In this document: one piece after another, positions 9,475-18,648 of the stretch | Position numbering within the stretch: position 1 is the first letter of the stretch | Layout of the letters: every line of letters starts with the position of its first letter | Origin: Candidatus Marinacidobacterium sp. | GTDB lineage: Bacteria; Acidobacteriota; Vicinamibacteria; Marinacidobacterales; Marinacidobacteraceae | Assembly: GCA_965220965.1 (NCBI GenBank) | Contig: OZ244852.1 | Location: forward strand, 1,728,001-1,792,000 | DNA length: 64,000 bases | Reading direction: 5' to 3' | Translations under genes and position numbers: made by a program | The notes under the pieces: model-generated | Database searches by the model: none | Seen by the model: only the letters and a program-made list of their open reading frames with translations | What the model was told of the DNA's origin: nothing

Positions 9475-10706
9475 CGGTCACGCGCGCCGGGGCGGAGGCC
9501 CCCCACCGGCTCGACGAGGCGCTCCCCCGGCGCGGGTCGGGCTCGGTGAAGTGGGAGTACGCGGAGGGGTCGGCGGCGCGCGGTTCGTCGCTCGCGCCGG
9601 TGGACCCCGAGGCGGGCATCCTCCCGATGTGGGTCGCGGACATGGACTTTCCCTGCCCCGAGGTCGTGGTGGAGGCCATCCGCGAGCGGCTGCGCCACCC
9701 GGTCTTCGGCTACACCGCGGAGCGGCCCGGGTTCGCCGAAGCGTTCTGCGACTGGGTCGCCGGACGGCACGGGTTCCGGCCGCAGCCGGAGTGGATCACG
9801 CCGACCGAGGGGATCGTGCCCGACCTGGGGATGCTGGCGAACACCCTGGCGGAGGGAGCCGGCGTCATTCTCCATCCGCCGGTCTACCACCCCTTCTTCG
9901 GAGCGGTGCGCAACGCCGGCGCGCGCGTCGTGTCCTGTCCGCTCCGCCGGGAACGCGGTCCCGGCAACCCCTACCGGCTGGACCTGGAGCGGTTCGACCG
10001 GCTGGCGGCGGAACCGGAGAACCGGCTCACGTTCCTCTGCAATCCGCAGAACCCGGTGGGGCGGGTCTGGCGACGCGAGGAGCTCGAGGAGTTCGCCCGG
10101 ATCGCGACGCGGCGCGGGGTCTTCGTGGTGGCGGACGAGATCCACGGGGACCTGATGCTCTCCGGTCGCCGGTTCACGCCCTGGCTCAGCGTGGCCGGCG
10201 TGAACCCGAAGGGGACGATCGTGGCCTCGGCGCCGAGCAAGACCTTCAACCTGGCGGGGCTCAAGTGCTCCTGTCTGGTCACGCCCGACCCCGGCGTCCG
10301 CGAGAGAGTGCGGCGGGCGCGCGACCGCCGGGGCGCCTACGGGGTGAACCCGCTGAGCGCGGCGGCGGCGGAGGCCGCCTGGCGGGGCGGCGGCCCCTGG
10401 CTGGACGAGGTCTTGGCCTACATCGGGGACAACGCCGACCGGCTCGCCGGGTTCTTCGCCGAGCGGCCGGCGCTGGGCGTCGGGGTCACGCCCCTGGAGG
10501 GGACCTACCTGGCGTGGCTGGACTTCCGGCGCAGCGCCGCGCCGGACGACAGCCTGGAGGCGTGGCTCCTCGACCGGGCGCGGGTCCGGGTCGAGGACGG
10601 CCGGATCTTCGGGAGCGGCGGCGAGGGCTTCGCACGGCTCAACCTGGCCTGCCCCCGCCCGCTGCTGGACGAGGCGCTCGCCCGGATCGAACGCGCGCTC
10701 GGATAG
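9471..10706 (+). CDS. MalY/PatB family PLP-dependent C-S lyase (cystathionine beta-lyase-like)
   Basis: SVKW, LPMWVADMDF, FGY, LCNPQNPVGRVW, ADEIHGD, APSKTFNLAGL, EGTYLAWLD. GTG at 9471 overlaps upstream TGA. Confidence 0.92.
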   Translation: MTVTRAGAEAPHRLDEALPRRGSGSVKWEYAEGSAARGSSLAPVDPEAGILPMWVADMDFPCPEVVVEAIRERLRHPVFGYTAERPGFAEAFCDWVAGRHGFRPQPEWITPTEGIVPDLGMLANTLAEGAGVILHPPVYHPFFGAVRNAGARVVSCPLRRERGPGNPYRLDLERFDRLAAEPENRLTFLCNPQNPVGRVWRREELEEFARIATRRGVFVVADEIHGDLMLSGRRFTPWLSVAGVNPKGTIVASAPSKTFNLAGLKCSCLVTPDPGVRERVRRARDRRGAYGVNPLSAAAAEAAWRGGGPWLDEVLAYIGDNADRLAGFFAERPALGVGVTPLEGTYLAWLDFRRSAAPDDSLEAWLLDRARVRVEDGRIFGSGGEGFARLNLACPRPLLDEALARIERALG

Positions 10707-10728
10707 CCGGAGGGCCCGGCGCGCCGCG

Positions 10729-13700
10729 CTACTGGCGCGCCGCCCGTTCGCCGAGGAAGTCGTTCCAGGCGTGCGGGCGGAGCGTTCCCGAAGGATGGCT
10801 GACGAGCGCGGTGACGATGTGGCGGGCCAGTGAGGGATCGGTGATCAGGGGCACGCCGCGGTCCACCGCGCGCCGGCGGACGAGGTACCCGTCCGGGCGC
10901 CCCTCCGGGTCGTAGGCGACCGGGACGTTAACGACGAGGTCCACCTCGCCGTCATCGATCAGGTCGAGCGCGCTCTGGGCGCCCGGAGTCCCGAACCCCG
11001 GGCCCAGCGGGCGGCCTTCCTGACGGACGCGCGTGACCTCGGTGTTCTCGACGCCGTTCTCGCGGAGCACCCGGCTGGTGCCGCTGGTCGCGTAGATCTT
11101 CAGGCCCAGCTCCTCGACCATGGTCCGCGCGGTGCGGAGGAAGCGGTGCTTCCAGCGGGGCGGCCCGAGCGAGAGCAGCACTCCCCGCCGGGGCCGGCGA
11201 AACCCGGTGGACATGAGGCCGTGGAGCAGCGCCTCGTGGAACGAGCCGCCAAGACAGCCCACCTCGCCGGTGCTCGCCATTTCGACGCCGAGGAGGGGGT
11301 CCGCCCCGAGGAGCCGGGAGAAGGAGAACTGGGGCACCTTGACGCCCACATGCTCCAGCTCGTACATCGGCCGGTGGTCCATGCCGGGATCCTCGCCGAG
11401 CATGATCCGGGTCGCCGCCCGCGCGTAGTTCCGCCCGGTCACCTTCGAGACGAAGGGCAGGCTCCTGGAAGCGCGCAGGTTGCACTCGATGACCTTCACG
11501 ATGCCGTCGCGGTGCAGCATCTGGATGTTGCAGGGCCCGGTCACGCGGAGATGGCGCGCGATCTCGGTGGCGATGCGGCGGGCCTGCCCGAGGGTGGGGA
11601 TCGTCATGTCCACCGGCGGGAGAACGAGCGTGGCGTCGCCGCTGTGAACCCCGGCGTCCTCCACGTGCTCGCTGAGCGCCCACAGCACGACTTCCCCGTC
11701 GCGGGCCACCAGGTCGATCTCGATCTCGCGGGCGTCCTCCTCGAACCGGGAGATCACCACCGGATGCTCGGGCGAGATCGCCTTCGCCTTGCGGAGGATG
11801 CGGCGCAGCTCGTGCTCCTCGTGCGCCACCGACATCGCGGCGCCGCTGAGGACATAGCTGGGGCGGACCAGCACCGGGAACCCGCCGAGCGACTCCACGA
11901 TCCCGCGGGCGTCCCGGACATCGGTCACGTGGGCCCACTTCGGCTGGTCCACGCCGATCTCGTCGAGAAGCGCGGAGAACTTGTTCCGGTCCTCGGCGCG
12001 GTCGATGTCCTCGGCCGCGGTTCCCAGGATCGGAACCCCGGCGTCGTGAAGCCGCATCGCCAGCCGGTTCGGGATCTGCCCGCCCATGCTCACCACAACG
12101 CCGTCGGGCCGCTCCTTGGCGACCAGGTCGAGGACCGATTCGACGCTCACCTCGTCGAACACCAGCTTGTCGCAGATGTCGTAATCGGTGCTGACCGTCT
12201 CCGGGTTGTAGTTCAGCATCAGGGTTTCGCAGCCCAGCCCGGCCGCCGCCTGGACCGCGTTCACGCAGCACCAGTCGAACTCGACCGACGACCCGATCCG
12301 GTAGACGCCGGAGCCGATCACCAGGATCTTGCGGCGGTCGGAGTCGCGGGAGGCCGCCTCATCCCCGATCGCGTGGTACGTCGAGTAGAGGTAGTTCGTC
12401 TCGGCCGGGAATTCCGCCGCGAGGGTGTCGATGCGGGCCAGCCGGGGCGCCAGGTCCGCCTCGGCGCGGGCCTTCGTCGTGCTCCCTCGCGGCTGGCCGG
12501 TCAGGGCGTCGAGGGACTCGTCCGAGAAGCCCTGCTCCTTCGCCCGCCGCAACAGCTCCGGCGGCAGCGGCGAGCCGGTGTTCTCGACCTCCGCCTCGGT
12601 GCGCATCACATCGGCGACGCCGGCGAGGAACCAGGGATCGATCCGCGTCAACTCGTGGATCCGGTCGAGGGTCGCCTCGACGTTGTCCTCATCCACCGCG
12701 CGCCGCAGCGCGGCGGCGAGGGCGAACACTCGCCGGGGGGTGGCGTGAACCAGCTCGTCCTCGAGCGCGTCGAACCGGAACGCCCGGGACTCGAGGCCGC
12801 GGATCCCGATGTCGAGCATGCGCAGCGCCTTCTGGAGCACTTCGGGGAAGGTCCGGCCGATCGCCATGACTTCGCCCACCGACTTCATCTCGCTCCCGAT
12901 GCGGGTGTGGGCGTCCTGGAACTTGCCGAGGTCCCAGCGGGGCGCCTTCATGACCAGGTAGTCGAGCGCGGGCTCGAAGAAGGCGCTGGTGACGCCGGTG
13001 ACCCGGTTCTTCAGCTCGGGGAGCTCGAAGCCGAGCCCGAGCTTCGCCGCGACGTAGGCGAGCGGGTAGCCGGTGGCCTTGCTCGCGAGCGCCGAGGAGC
13101 GCGAGAGCCGGGCGTTCACCTCGATGACCCGGTACTCGGGGGCGTTCGGGTTCAGCGCGAACTGGACGTTGCACTCCCCGACGATCCCGAGGTGCTGGAC
13201 GACCTGGATCGAGACGGTGCGGAGAAGCTGGTACTCCTCGTCGTTCAGCGTCTGCGACGGCGCCACCACGAACGACTCGCCGGTATGGATCCCCATGGGG
13301 TCCATGTTCTCCATGTTGCAGACGGTGATGCAGGCGCCCGCCCGGTCGCGCACGACCTCGTACTCGATCTCCTTCCAGCCCCGCAGCGACTCCTCGACGA
13401 GCACCTGCGCGTCCTCGCCCCCGACGCCCCCGAAGATGTTCGTGAGCGCCCGGTCGAGTTCCTCCTGCGTCTCGACGATCGCGCTTCCCCGGCCGCCGAG
13501 CGCGAAGCCGATCCGGAGCATGAGCGGGAGGCCGATCTCCGCCGCGGCGGCAAGGGCCTCGTCCGGGCTGTGGCACGCGCGGCTCCTCGCGGTGAGCACG
13601 CCGATCTCGGCGAGCCGCGCGTTGAAGCGCCCGCGGTCCTCGCTGTCGCGGATCGAGCGGACCGGGGTTCCCAGCACCTGGATCCCCGCCTCCCCGAACC

Positions 13701-14016
13701 ACTTCTCGAGCGCCAGCCCGCAGTTCAGCGCCGTCTGGCCGCCGAACGAGAGCGCGACTCCATCCACCCCCTCGCGCTCCGCGACCTGACGGACCAGATC
13801 GGGGGTCACCGCGTTCAGGTAGAGGCGGTCGGCCATTCCCTCGCTGGTCTGGATCGTGGCGATGTTGGGGTTCACCAGAACGGTGGAGACCCCCTCCTCG
13901 CGGAACGCCTTGATGGCCTGGGAGCCGGAGTAGTCGAACTCCCCCGCCTGCCCGATCTGGAGCGCGCCGGAGCCCAGGACGAGGATCGACCGGGGGAAAT
14001 CGGCCCGGGTCTTCAA
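10729..14016 (-). CDS. carB: Carbamoyl-phosphate synthase large subunit
   Basis: GQAGEFDYSG, GWKEIEYEVVRD, GIHTGES, SRSSALASKATG, NYNPETVSTDYD, RPSYVLSG, GVHSGDA. TTG start at 14016 overlaps carA stop (alternative 14040). Confidence 0.97.
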   Translation of the reverse strand: MKTRADFPRSILVLGSGALQIGQAGEFDYSGSQAIKAFREEGVSTVLVNPNIATIQTSEGMADRLYLNAVTPDLVRQVAEREGVDGVALSFGGQTALNCGLALEKWFGEAGIQVLGTPVRSIRDSEDRGRFNARLAEIGVLTARSRACHSPDEALAAAAEIGLPLMLRIGFALGGRGSAIVETQEELDRALTNIFGGVGGEDAQVLVEESLRGWKEIEYEVVRDRAGACITVCNMENMDPMGIHTGESFVVAPSQTLNDEEYQLLRTVSIQVVQHLGIVGECNVQFALNPNAPEYRVIEVNARLSRSSALASKATGYPLAYVAAKLGLGFELPELKNRVTGVTSAFFEPALDYLVMKAPRWDLGKFQDAHTRIGSEMKSVGEVMAIGRTFPEVLQKALRMLDIGIRGLESRAFRFDALEDELVHATPRRVFALAAALRRAVDEDNVEATLDRIHELTRIDPWFLAGVADVMRTEAEVENTGSPLPPELLRRAKEQGFSDESLDALTGQPRGSTTKARAEADLAPRLARIDTLAAEFPAETNYLYSTYHAIGDEAASRDSDRRKILVIGSGVYRIGSSVEFDWCCVNAVQAAAGLGCETLMLNYNPETVSTDYDICDKLVFDEVSVESVLDLVAKERPDGVVVSMGGQIPNRLAMRLHDAGVPILGTAAEDIDRAEDRNKFSALLDEIGVDQPKWAHVTDVRDARGIVESLGGFPVLVRPSYVLSGAAMSVAHEEHELRRILRKAKAISPEHPVVISRFEEDAREIEIDLVARDGEVVLWALSEHVEDAGVHSGDATLVLPPVDMTIPTLGQARRIATEIARHLRVTGPCNIQMLHRDGIVKVIECNLRASRSLPFVSKVTGRNYARAATRIMLGEDPGMDHRPMYELEHVGVKVPQFSFSRLLGADPLLGVEMASTGEVGCLGGSFHEALLHGLMSTGFRRPRRGVLLSLGPPRWKHRFLRTARTMVEELGLKIYATSGTSRVLRENGVENTEVTRVRQEGRPLGPGFGTPGAQSALDLIDDGEVDLVVNVPVAYDPEGRPDGYLVRRRAVDRGVPLITDPSLARHIVTALVSHPSGTLRPHAWNDFLGERAARQ

Positions 14017-15173
14017 TCGCCGCTCCCGGGAGTCCCGCACTCGGCGAGAAAGTCGTCGAACAGCGAGGCGGTGTCCTCGGGGCCGGGGCGGGCCTCGGGA
14101 TGGAACTGGACGCTGCGGAAGGGGCGTTCGAGCGACCGGACGCCCTCGTTGGTGCCGTCGTTCAGGTTGCGGAACCAGGGCGCCCAGCCGGCGGGCAACC
14201 GATCCTCGTCCACCGCGTAGCCGTGGTTCTGGCTGGTGATGTAGCAGCGGCCGGTGAGGAGGTTCTGAACCGGCTGGTTCACGCTGCGGTGGCCGTAGGG
14301 GAGCTTGAAGGTGCGGGCCCCGGCGGCGAGGGCCAGAAGCTGGTTCCCGAGGCAGACGCCCAGAATCGGGCCGGGGAACCAGTCCATGACGCGCCGCAGC
14401 TCCCTGGCGAGGCCACCCAGGTCGGCGGGATCCCCGGGACCGTTGCCGATCAGGATCCCATCGGCCTTTCGCGCCGCCTCCTCGAGCGGATCCAGCCCCG
14501 AGACCCGGTGAACCCGGGCTCCCCGCTTCACGAGCGACCGGACGAGATTGTCCTTCGCGCCGACATCCACCAGCAGCACGCGGGGACCGTCCCCCTCGCC
14601 GTGATCTTCCGGCCGGGCGGGGACGACCTGTTCGAAGACCTCGCGGGTCATCTCCACCGAGGCGGCGTCCGACGGAGGCGCCGGAGCCGCCGGGTAGAGG
14701 AGGCCCCGCATCGTCCCCGACTCCCTGAGCCGCATCGTCAGGGCCCGGGTGTCCACTCCGGAAACCGCCGGAACGCCCTCGGAGGCGAGCCAGTCGCCGA
14801 GGCGGCGGGCGCTCGTATGGTGGCTGGGCGCGGTCTCGTGGCGCTGGACGACGAGTCCCTGGACCTGGATGCGCGCGGACTCGAAGGGGCCGGCGATGGA
14901 GCCGGGCGGTCGGGGCGCCGGGACCCCGTAGTTCCCGATCAGCGGGTACGTCAGGACGAGGATCTGACCCCGGTAGGACGGGTCGGTGAGCGCCTCCACG
15001 TAGCCGGCCATTCCGGTGTTGAAGACGACCTCTCCCGCCACCGCATGATCCGGGCGCCCGAACGAGAGACCGTCGTACTCGGCGCCGTCCTCGAGCCGGA
15101 GCCGCATGGGCCGGGGGGACGAAACGCCGGGGCCCGGATCGCCGACAGTTCGCGAATCCGGTTCCGGGCTCAA
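14013..15173 (-). CDS. carA: Carbamoyl-phosphate synthase small subunit
   Basis: GEVVFNTGMAGY, TDPSYRGQI, NGPGDP, GVCLGNQ, SQNHGYAVD, SVQFHPEARPGP. Start uncertain (15173 or 15107). Confidence 0.96.
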   Translation of the reverse strand: MSPEPDSRTVGDPGPGVSSPRPMRLRLEDGAEYDGLSFGRPDHAVAGEVVFNTGMAGYVEALTDPSYRGQILVLTYPLIGNYGVPAPRPPGSIAGPFESARIQVQGLVVQRHETAPSHHTSARRLGDWLASEGVPAVSGVDTRALTMRLRESGTMRGLLYPAAPAPPSDAASVEMTREVFEQVVPARPEDHGEGDGPRVLLVDVGAKDNLVRSLVKRGARVHRVSGLDPLEEAARKADGILIGNGPGDPADLGGLARELRRVMDWFPGPILGVCLGNQLLALAAGARTFKLPYGHRSVNQPVQNLLTGRCYITSQNHGYAVDEDRLPAGWAPWFRNLNDGTNEGVRSLERPFRSVQFHPEARPGPEDTASLFDDFLAECGTPGSGD

Positions 15174-15187
15174 ATCGGCGCGGATCC

Positions 15188-15703
15188 TAGCAGTCCGCTG
15201 ACGAAGTCACGCGGCGTTCCAGCGGCGATGCACGCGACTTCATCAACGAACTGCTCGCAGTCCACTGGCAAAGTCACACGACCCGGTTCTCCCGGCGGGG
15301 GCTCGGGCGGCGATGGCCCCCACCGGAAGGACTGGCCCCGGCCGAGCCCGGCCCCTGCGGGGCGCTCATCGGTGCGTTTTCGCCCGGGATTTGACCGGAT
15401 TCAGAGGCCCATCGGCTGGTAGAGTTGGAGCGAATGTTCTGCGGGCGCCGACACATGCCGGGTGGGCCACCAGCCCGTTGACAAAGTCCCGCGGCCCGGT
15501 TCTCCCGGTAGGGGCTCGAGCGGCGATGGCCCCCACCGGGAGGACTGGCCCCGCCCGAACCACGCCCCTTCGGGGCGCTCATCGTTGCGTTCACTCGGCA
15601 TCCCGATGCCGGTTCTCCCGGTAGGGGCCCTCCCTCACGCGCCTTGTCGGCCGGGCGCCTCACCGCTCTCGGCGCTGCACGCGACTTCGTCAACGGACTG
15701 CTA
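15188..15703. mobile_element. Non-autonomous MITE-like composite element with IS5/IS1182-like terminal inverted repeats and internal REP-like direct repeats
   Basis: TAGCAGTCCGCTGACGAAGTC (15188-15208) matches the reverse complement of 15683-15703 at 20/21. Extra degenerate TIR copies at 15236-15255, 15257-15275 and 15471-15488. No transposase ORF inside. Confidence 0.75.
15258..15630. repeat. Imperfect direct repeat of about 120 bp (15258-15378 vs 15471-15591) plus partial third copy (15609-15628), containing GC hairpins
   Basis: Shared CCCGGTTCTCCCGG..GGGGCTCG.GCGGCGATGGCCCCCACCGG.AGGACTGGCCCCG...GCCCCT.CGGGGCGCTCATCG.TGCGTT. Confidence 0.85.
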
Positions 15704-15735
15704 TGGTGCGCGCCGGAGCGACCAGGGGGTCCGAC

Positions 15736-16851
15736 ATGAACCGATCTTCCATCATCCTGACCGCGGGCGTCCTTGTCGCCGCCTCGGCCGCGCTGGCCCA
15801 GCAGCGGCCGGTGGTCCACTTCACCGCCTCCGATGATCGCGCGTTCGCCAGCGCGCGCATCACCGTGGACGGGAGCGCCCAGGAAAGCTCCACGGTCTCG
15901 GTGACGCTGACCTCCCCCTCGGGGAGCGCCGAGACGCTCGAAATGGAGCGCGACGGAGCGCGTCACACCTGGGTCGGCCAACTCCCCGAGGCGGGGACCT
16001 GGCGCGTCGAGGCGGTTCTGGAGGGACGGGACGGACGCCAGACGAATGACGCGTCCCTGACGCTCTCGGCGGGCGAGCCGACCTGCAGCGTCTCGCTCAG
16101 CGGTCCCGAAGAGGCGACCTCCTACCTGGAGTCCCTGATCACCGTGAACGTCTGCGCCTCCGAGGCCGTCTCCGGGGACCTCGCGCGTTACGTCCGGGTC
16201 ATGCAGGACGGCGTGCAGGTGGCCGCGCTCAACGCCACCGAGCAGTGCGAGCGCTCCTTCACCCTTCCCGGAAGCGGCGCCTTCGAGGCCATCGCCGAGA
16301 TCACCGATGACCGGGGGACCACCGCGACCTGCTCGAGCAACGACGTGGATATCGAGGCGATCCACGCCGGCTACTGGCTCCTGGGAGACGTGGTCACCGG
16401 GCTCTACCGCACGACGCAGTCCACGATCGTTCCCGACGACGCGGCAGCGCCCTTCGGGGGGGCCGCGGTGGGCGTCACGATCTCGCACAATGCGGCCGCC
16501 GAGGACTACACCGCCTTCACGGCGCGCGCCGCCGCAGCCGTCGGCCTGAACGAGTGGTTCGGAACCACCTTCGACGCGATCGTCACCCGCCACAACGATG
16601 TCGGGTTCTTCGGCGCCGGGGTGGGGCTGTGGGGCCTCGGCAACTCCACCCTCCTCGACGCGGCGGTCATCGCCACCGGGGGGCTCCACGTGAACAACTA
16701 CTACTACCAGGCGGGCCAGACCCAGGTCTTCGGCGAATTGCGGCTCTTCGCCCGCCACGCCACCGACTGGTCGAACCACTACGCGGCGCTCGTCGGCATC
16801 CGGACGAACTTCCGCCCGCTGCACAAGCTCCAGGTCCGGCCGTCGAATTGA
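15736..16851 (+). CDS. Exported hypothetical protein (Ig/PKD-like Cys-containing N-terminal part, possible beta-barrel C-terminal part)
   Basis: Signal peptide MNRSSIILTAGVLVAASAALA, GGGGG RBS-like element, GC3-biased codons, 4 Cys, aromatic-rich alternating C-terminal half. Confidence 0.65.
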   Translation: MNRSSIILTAGVLVAASAALAQQRPVVHFTASDDRAFASARITVDGSAQESSTVSVTLTSPSGSAETLEMERDGARHTWVGQLPEAGTWRVEAVLEGRDGRQTNDASLTLSAGEPTCSVSLSGPEEATSYLESLITVNVCASEAVSGDLARYVRVMQDGVQVAALNATEQCERSFTLPGSGAFEAIAEITDDRGTTATCSSNDVDIEAIHAGYWLLGDVVTGLYRTTQSTIVPDDAAAPFGGAAVGVTISHNAAAEDYTAFTARAAAAVGLNEWFGTTFDAIVTRHNDVGFFGAGVGLWGLGNSTLLDAAVIATGGLHVNNYYYQAGQTQVFGELRLFARHATDWSNHYAALVGIRTNFRPLHKLQVRPSN

Positions 16852-16872
16852 CCAGTCCGTCGAATTGACAGA

Positions 16873-17076
16873 TTGACCCGGACACGGCCGCTCCAGGGCG
16901 CGGGAGGGCTCTTCGCCGCCCTCATCGCGGTGCGCCTCGTGGTCGCCCTGGCCCCGGCGGATCCGCTGATCGCGGGGGTCCCTCTCGGCATCGTCCTCGA
17001 GTTCGGCGTCGTGGCCGCCGCCACCGGCGTCCTCGCGATCGCTTCGCGCGCCGCCTTCCGTGACGATGAAGGCTGA
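16873..17076 (+). CDS. Small two-TM membrane protein preceding an SSS symporter (DUF3311/DUF997-like)
   Basis: Two hydrophobic helices separated by DPLIAGVP. Position upstream of an SSS gene is typical of symporter accessory peptides. Confidence 0.5.
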   Translation: MTRTRPLQGAGGLFAALIAVRLVVALAPADPLIAGVPLGIVLEFGVVAAATGVLAIASRAAFRDDEG

Positions 17077-17127
17077 GCCCCGGGAGACTCCGGTCGCGCT
17101 CCGCGGAACCGCGGACGGTCCTCTCGC

Positions 17128-18600
17128 ATGACGCTCGCGGTCGTCGGCCTGTATCTGGCCATCGTCATCGGGGTCGGCCTCGCCGCGCGTCGTCGCGGGG
17201 ACAGCGGCGGCGCCGGCGGCGAGGGGTACTTCCTGGCCGGCCGCTCCATCGGCCCCTTCGTCCTGCTCATGACGCTGTTCGGGACGAACATGACGGCGTT
17301 TACGATCCTGGGGGCCTCCGGCGAGGGCTACCGCCAGGGGCTCCGGGTGTTCGGGCTCATGGCCACGAACTCCACCATCGTGATCCCGTTGACGTTCCTC
17401 GTCATCGGCGTTCCGCTGTGGCGGCTGGGGAAGCGGCACGGCTTCGCCACCCAGGCCGAGTTCTTCAGCGCCCGCTACGGGTCGCCGGCGCTCGGGCTGC
17501 TGATCCTGGGCTCGACGCTGCTCTGGCTGGTCCCCTACGTCCTGATCGGAGTCCAGGGCGGCGGCGCCGCGCTGGCCGCGATCGTGGGGCCGGAGTCCGG
17601 ATTCCCGACGTGGGTCGGGAGCCTCGCGATGTGCGTCGTCGTGCTCGCCTACCTGGTGGCCGGCGGCATGCGCAGCACCGCGATCGTGAACACCTTCCAG
17701 ACGTTGGTGTTCATGGTGGTCGCCGGGCTCGCGTTCGTCGTGATCACCCAGGGACTCGGCGGGTTCGCCGAGGCGGCGGCGCGGCTGAAGGCGACCTCGC
17801 CCGAGCTGTTCGAGCTGACGCGTTCGCGGAAGGACTGGATCCAGACCGCGACCTACCTGTTCGTCCCGCTCTCGACCTCCTGTTTCCCGCACATCTTCGG
17901 CCACTGGATGTCCGCCCGGAGCGCCTCCACGTTCCGGCTGTCGCTGCTGGCGTACCCGGCCTGCATCGCGCTCGTGTGGTTCCCGTGCGTCGCCCTTGGC
18001 GCGCTGGGCAGGCTCGAGGCTCCGGACGGCGCATCCGGGCCGATCATCATCCTGCTGATCCAGGAGCACGCCGGGAGCCTGCTCGCCGGCTGCCTGGCGG
18101 CGGGCGTCTTCGCCGCCATCATGTCGTCGCTCGATTCGCAGACGCTCTCGGTGGGGACGATGATGACCCGGGACGCGGCGCCGCGGCTGGGGTGGATCGC
18201 CTCCCGCGTCCGGGGACGGGAGGAGCTGGCGGGCCGGGTCTTCGTGGGCTTCTTCCTGGTCGTGGTGTTCGCCCTCAGCCTGGTCTCCAACCAGACGGTC
18301 TACAGCCTCGGGGTCTGGGCCATGTCGGGCTTCACCGCGCTGTTCCCGGTGCTGTTCGCCTCGATCTACTGGAAGCGAACCACCGCAGCCGGCGCCGCGG
18401 CCGGAGTCCTCGCCGGGATGGGGATGTGGCTCTACTTCTTCGTGTCCTCCCGCGGCGCCCCCGGCTGGACGGTCGGCGACTCGGGAGTCGAGCCGGCGGC
18501 GGCGATCGTCCTGACTTCGGCGGTGGCGCTCATCGTTGTGTCCCGGCTCACCCGGGCGCCCGATCCGGAGCGGCTCTCGCGTTTCTTCGCCGCGGGCTGA
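17128..18600 (+). CDS. Sodium:solute symporter family protein
   Basis: YFLAGRSIGPFVLLMTLFGTNMTAF, GGMRS, FPH, AAIMSSLDSQ, about 13 TM segments. Confidence 0.92.
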   Translation: MTLAVVGLYLAIVIGVGLAARRRGDSGGAGGEGYFLAGRSIGPFVLLMTLFGTNMTAFTILGASGEGYRQGLRVFGLMATNSTIVIPLTFLVIGVPLWRLGKRHGFATQAEFFSARYGSPALGLLILGSTLLWLVPYVLIGVQGGGAALAAIVGPESGFPTWVGSLAMCVVVLAYLVAGGMRSTAIVNTFQTLVFMVVAGLAFVVITQGLGGFAEAAARLKATSPELFELTRSRKDWIQTATYLFVPLSTSCFPHIFGHWMSARSASTFRLSLLAYPACIALVWFPCVALGALGRLEAPDGASGPIIILLIQEHAGSLLAGCLAAGVFAAIMSSLDSQTLSVGTMMTRDAAPRLGWIASRVRGREELAGRVFVGFFLVVVFALSLVSNQTVYSLGVWAMSGFTALFPVLFASIYWKRTTAAGAAAGVLAGMGMWLYFFVSSRGAPGWTVGDSGVEPAAAIVLTSAVALIVVSRLTRAPDPERLSRFFAAG

Positions 18601-18648
18601 CTCTCCCGGTTCGGTCCGGATCGCCGCCGGGCGCATAGGATTCGGCCC

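Noticed and set aside
15188-15703. Possible CRISPR array or small ORFs in the repeat region
   Set aside because: Repeats are long, irregular and partly inverted with no uniform spacers, and there are no cas genes. The ORFs there lack coding bias.
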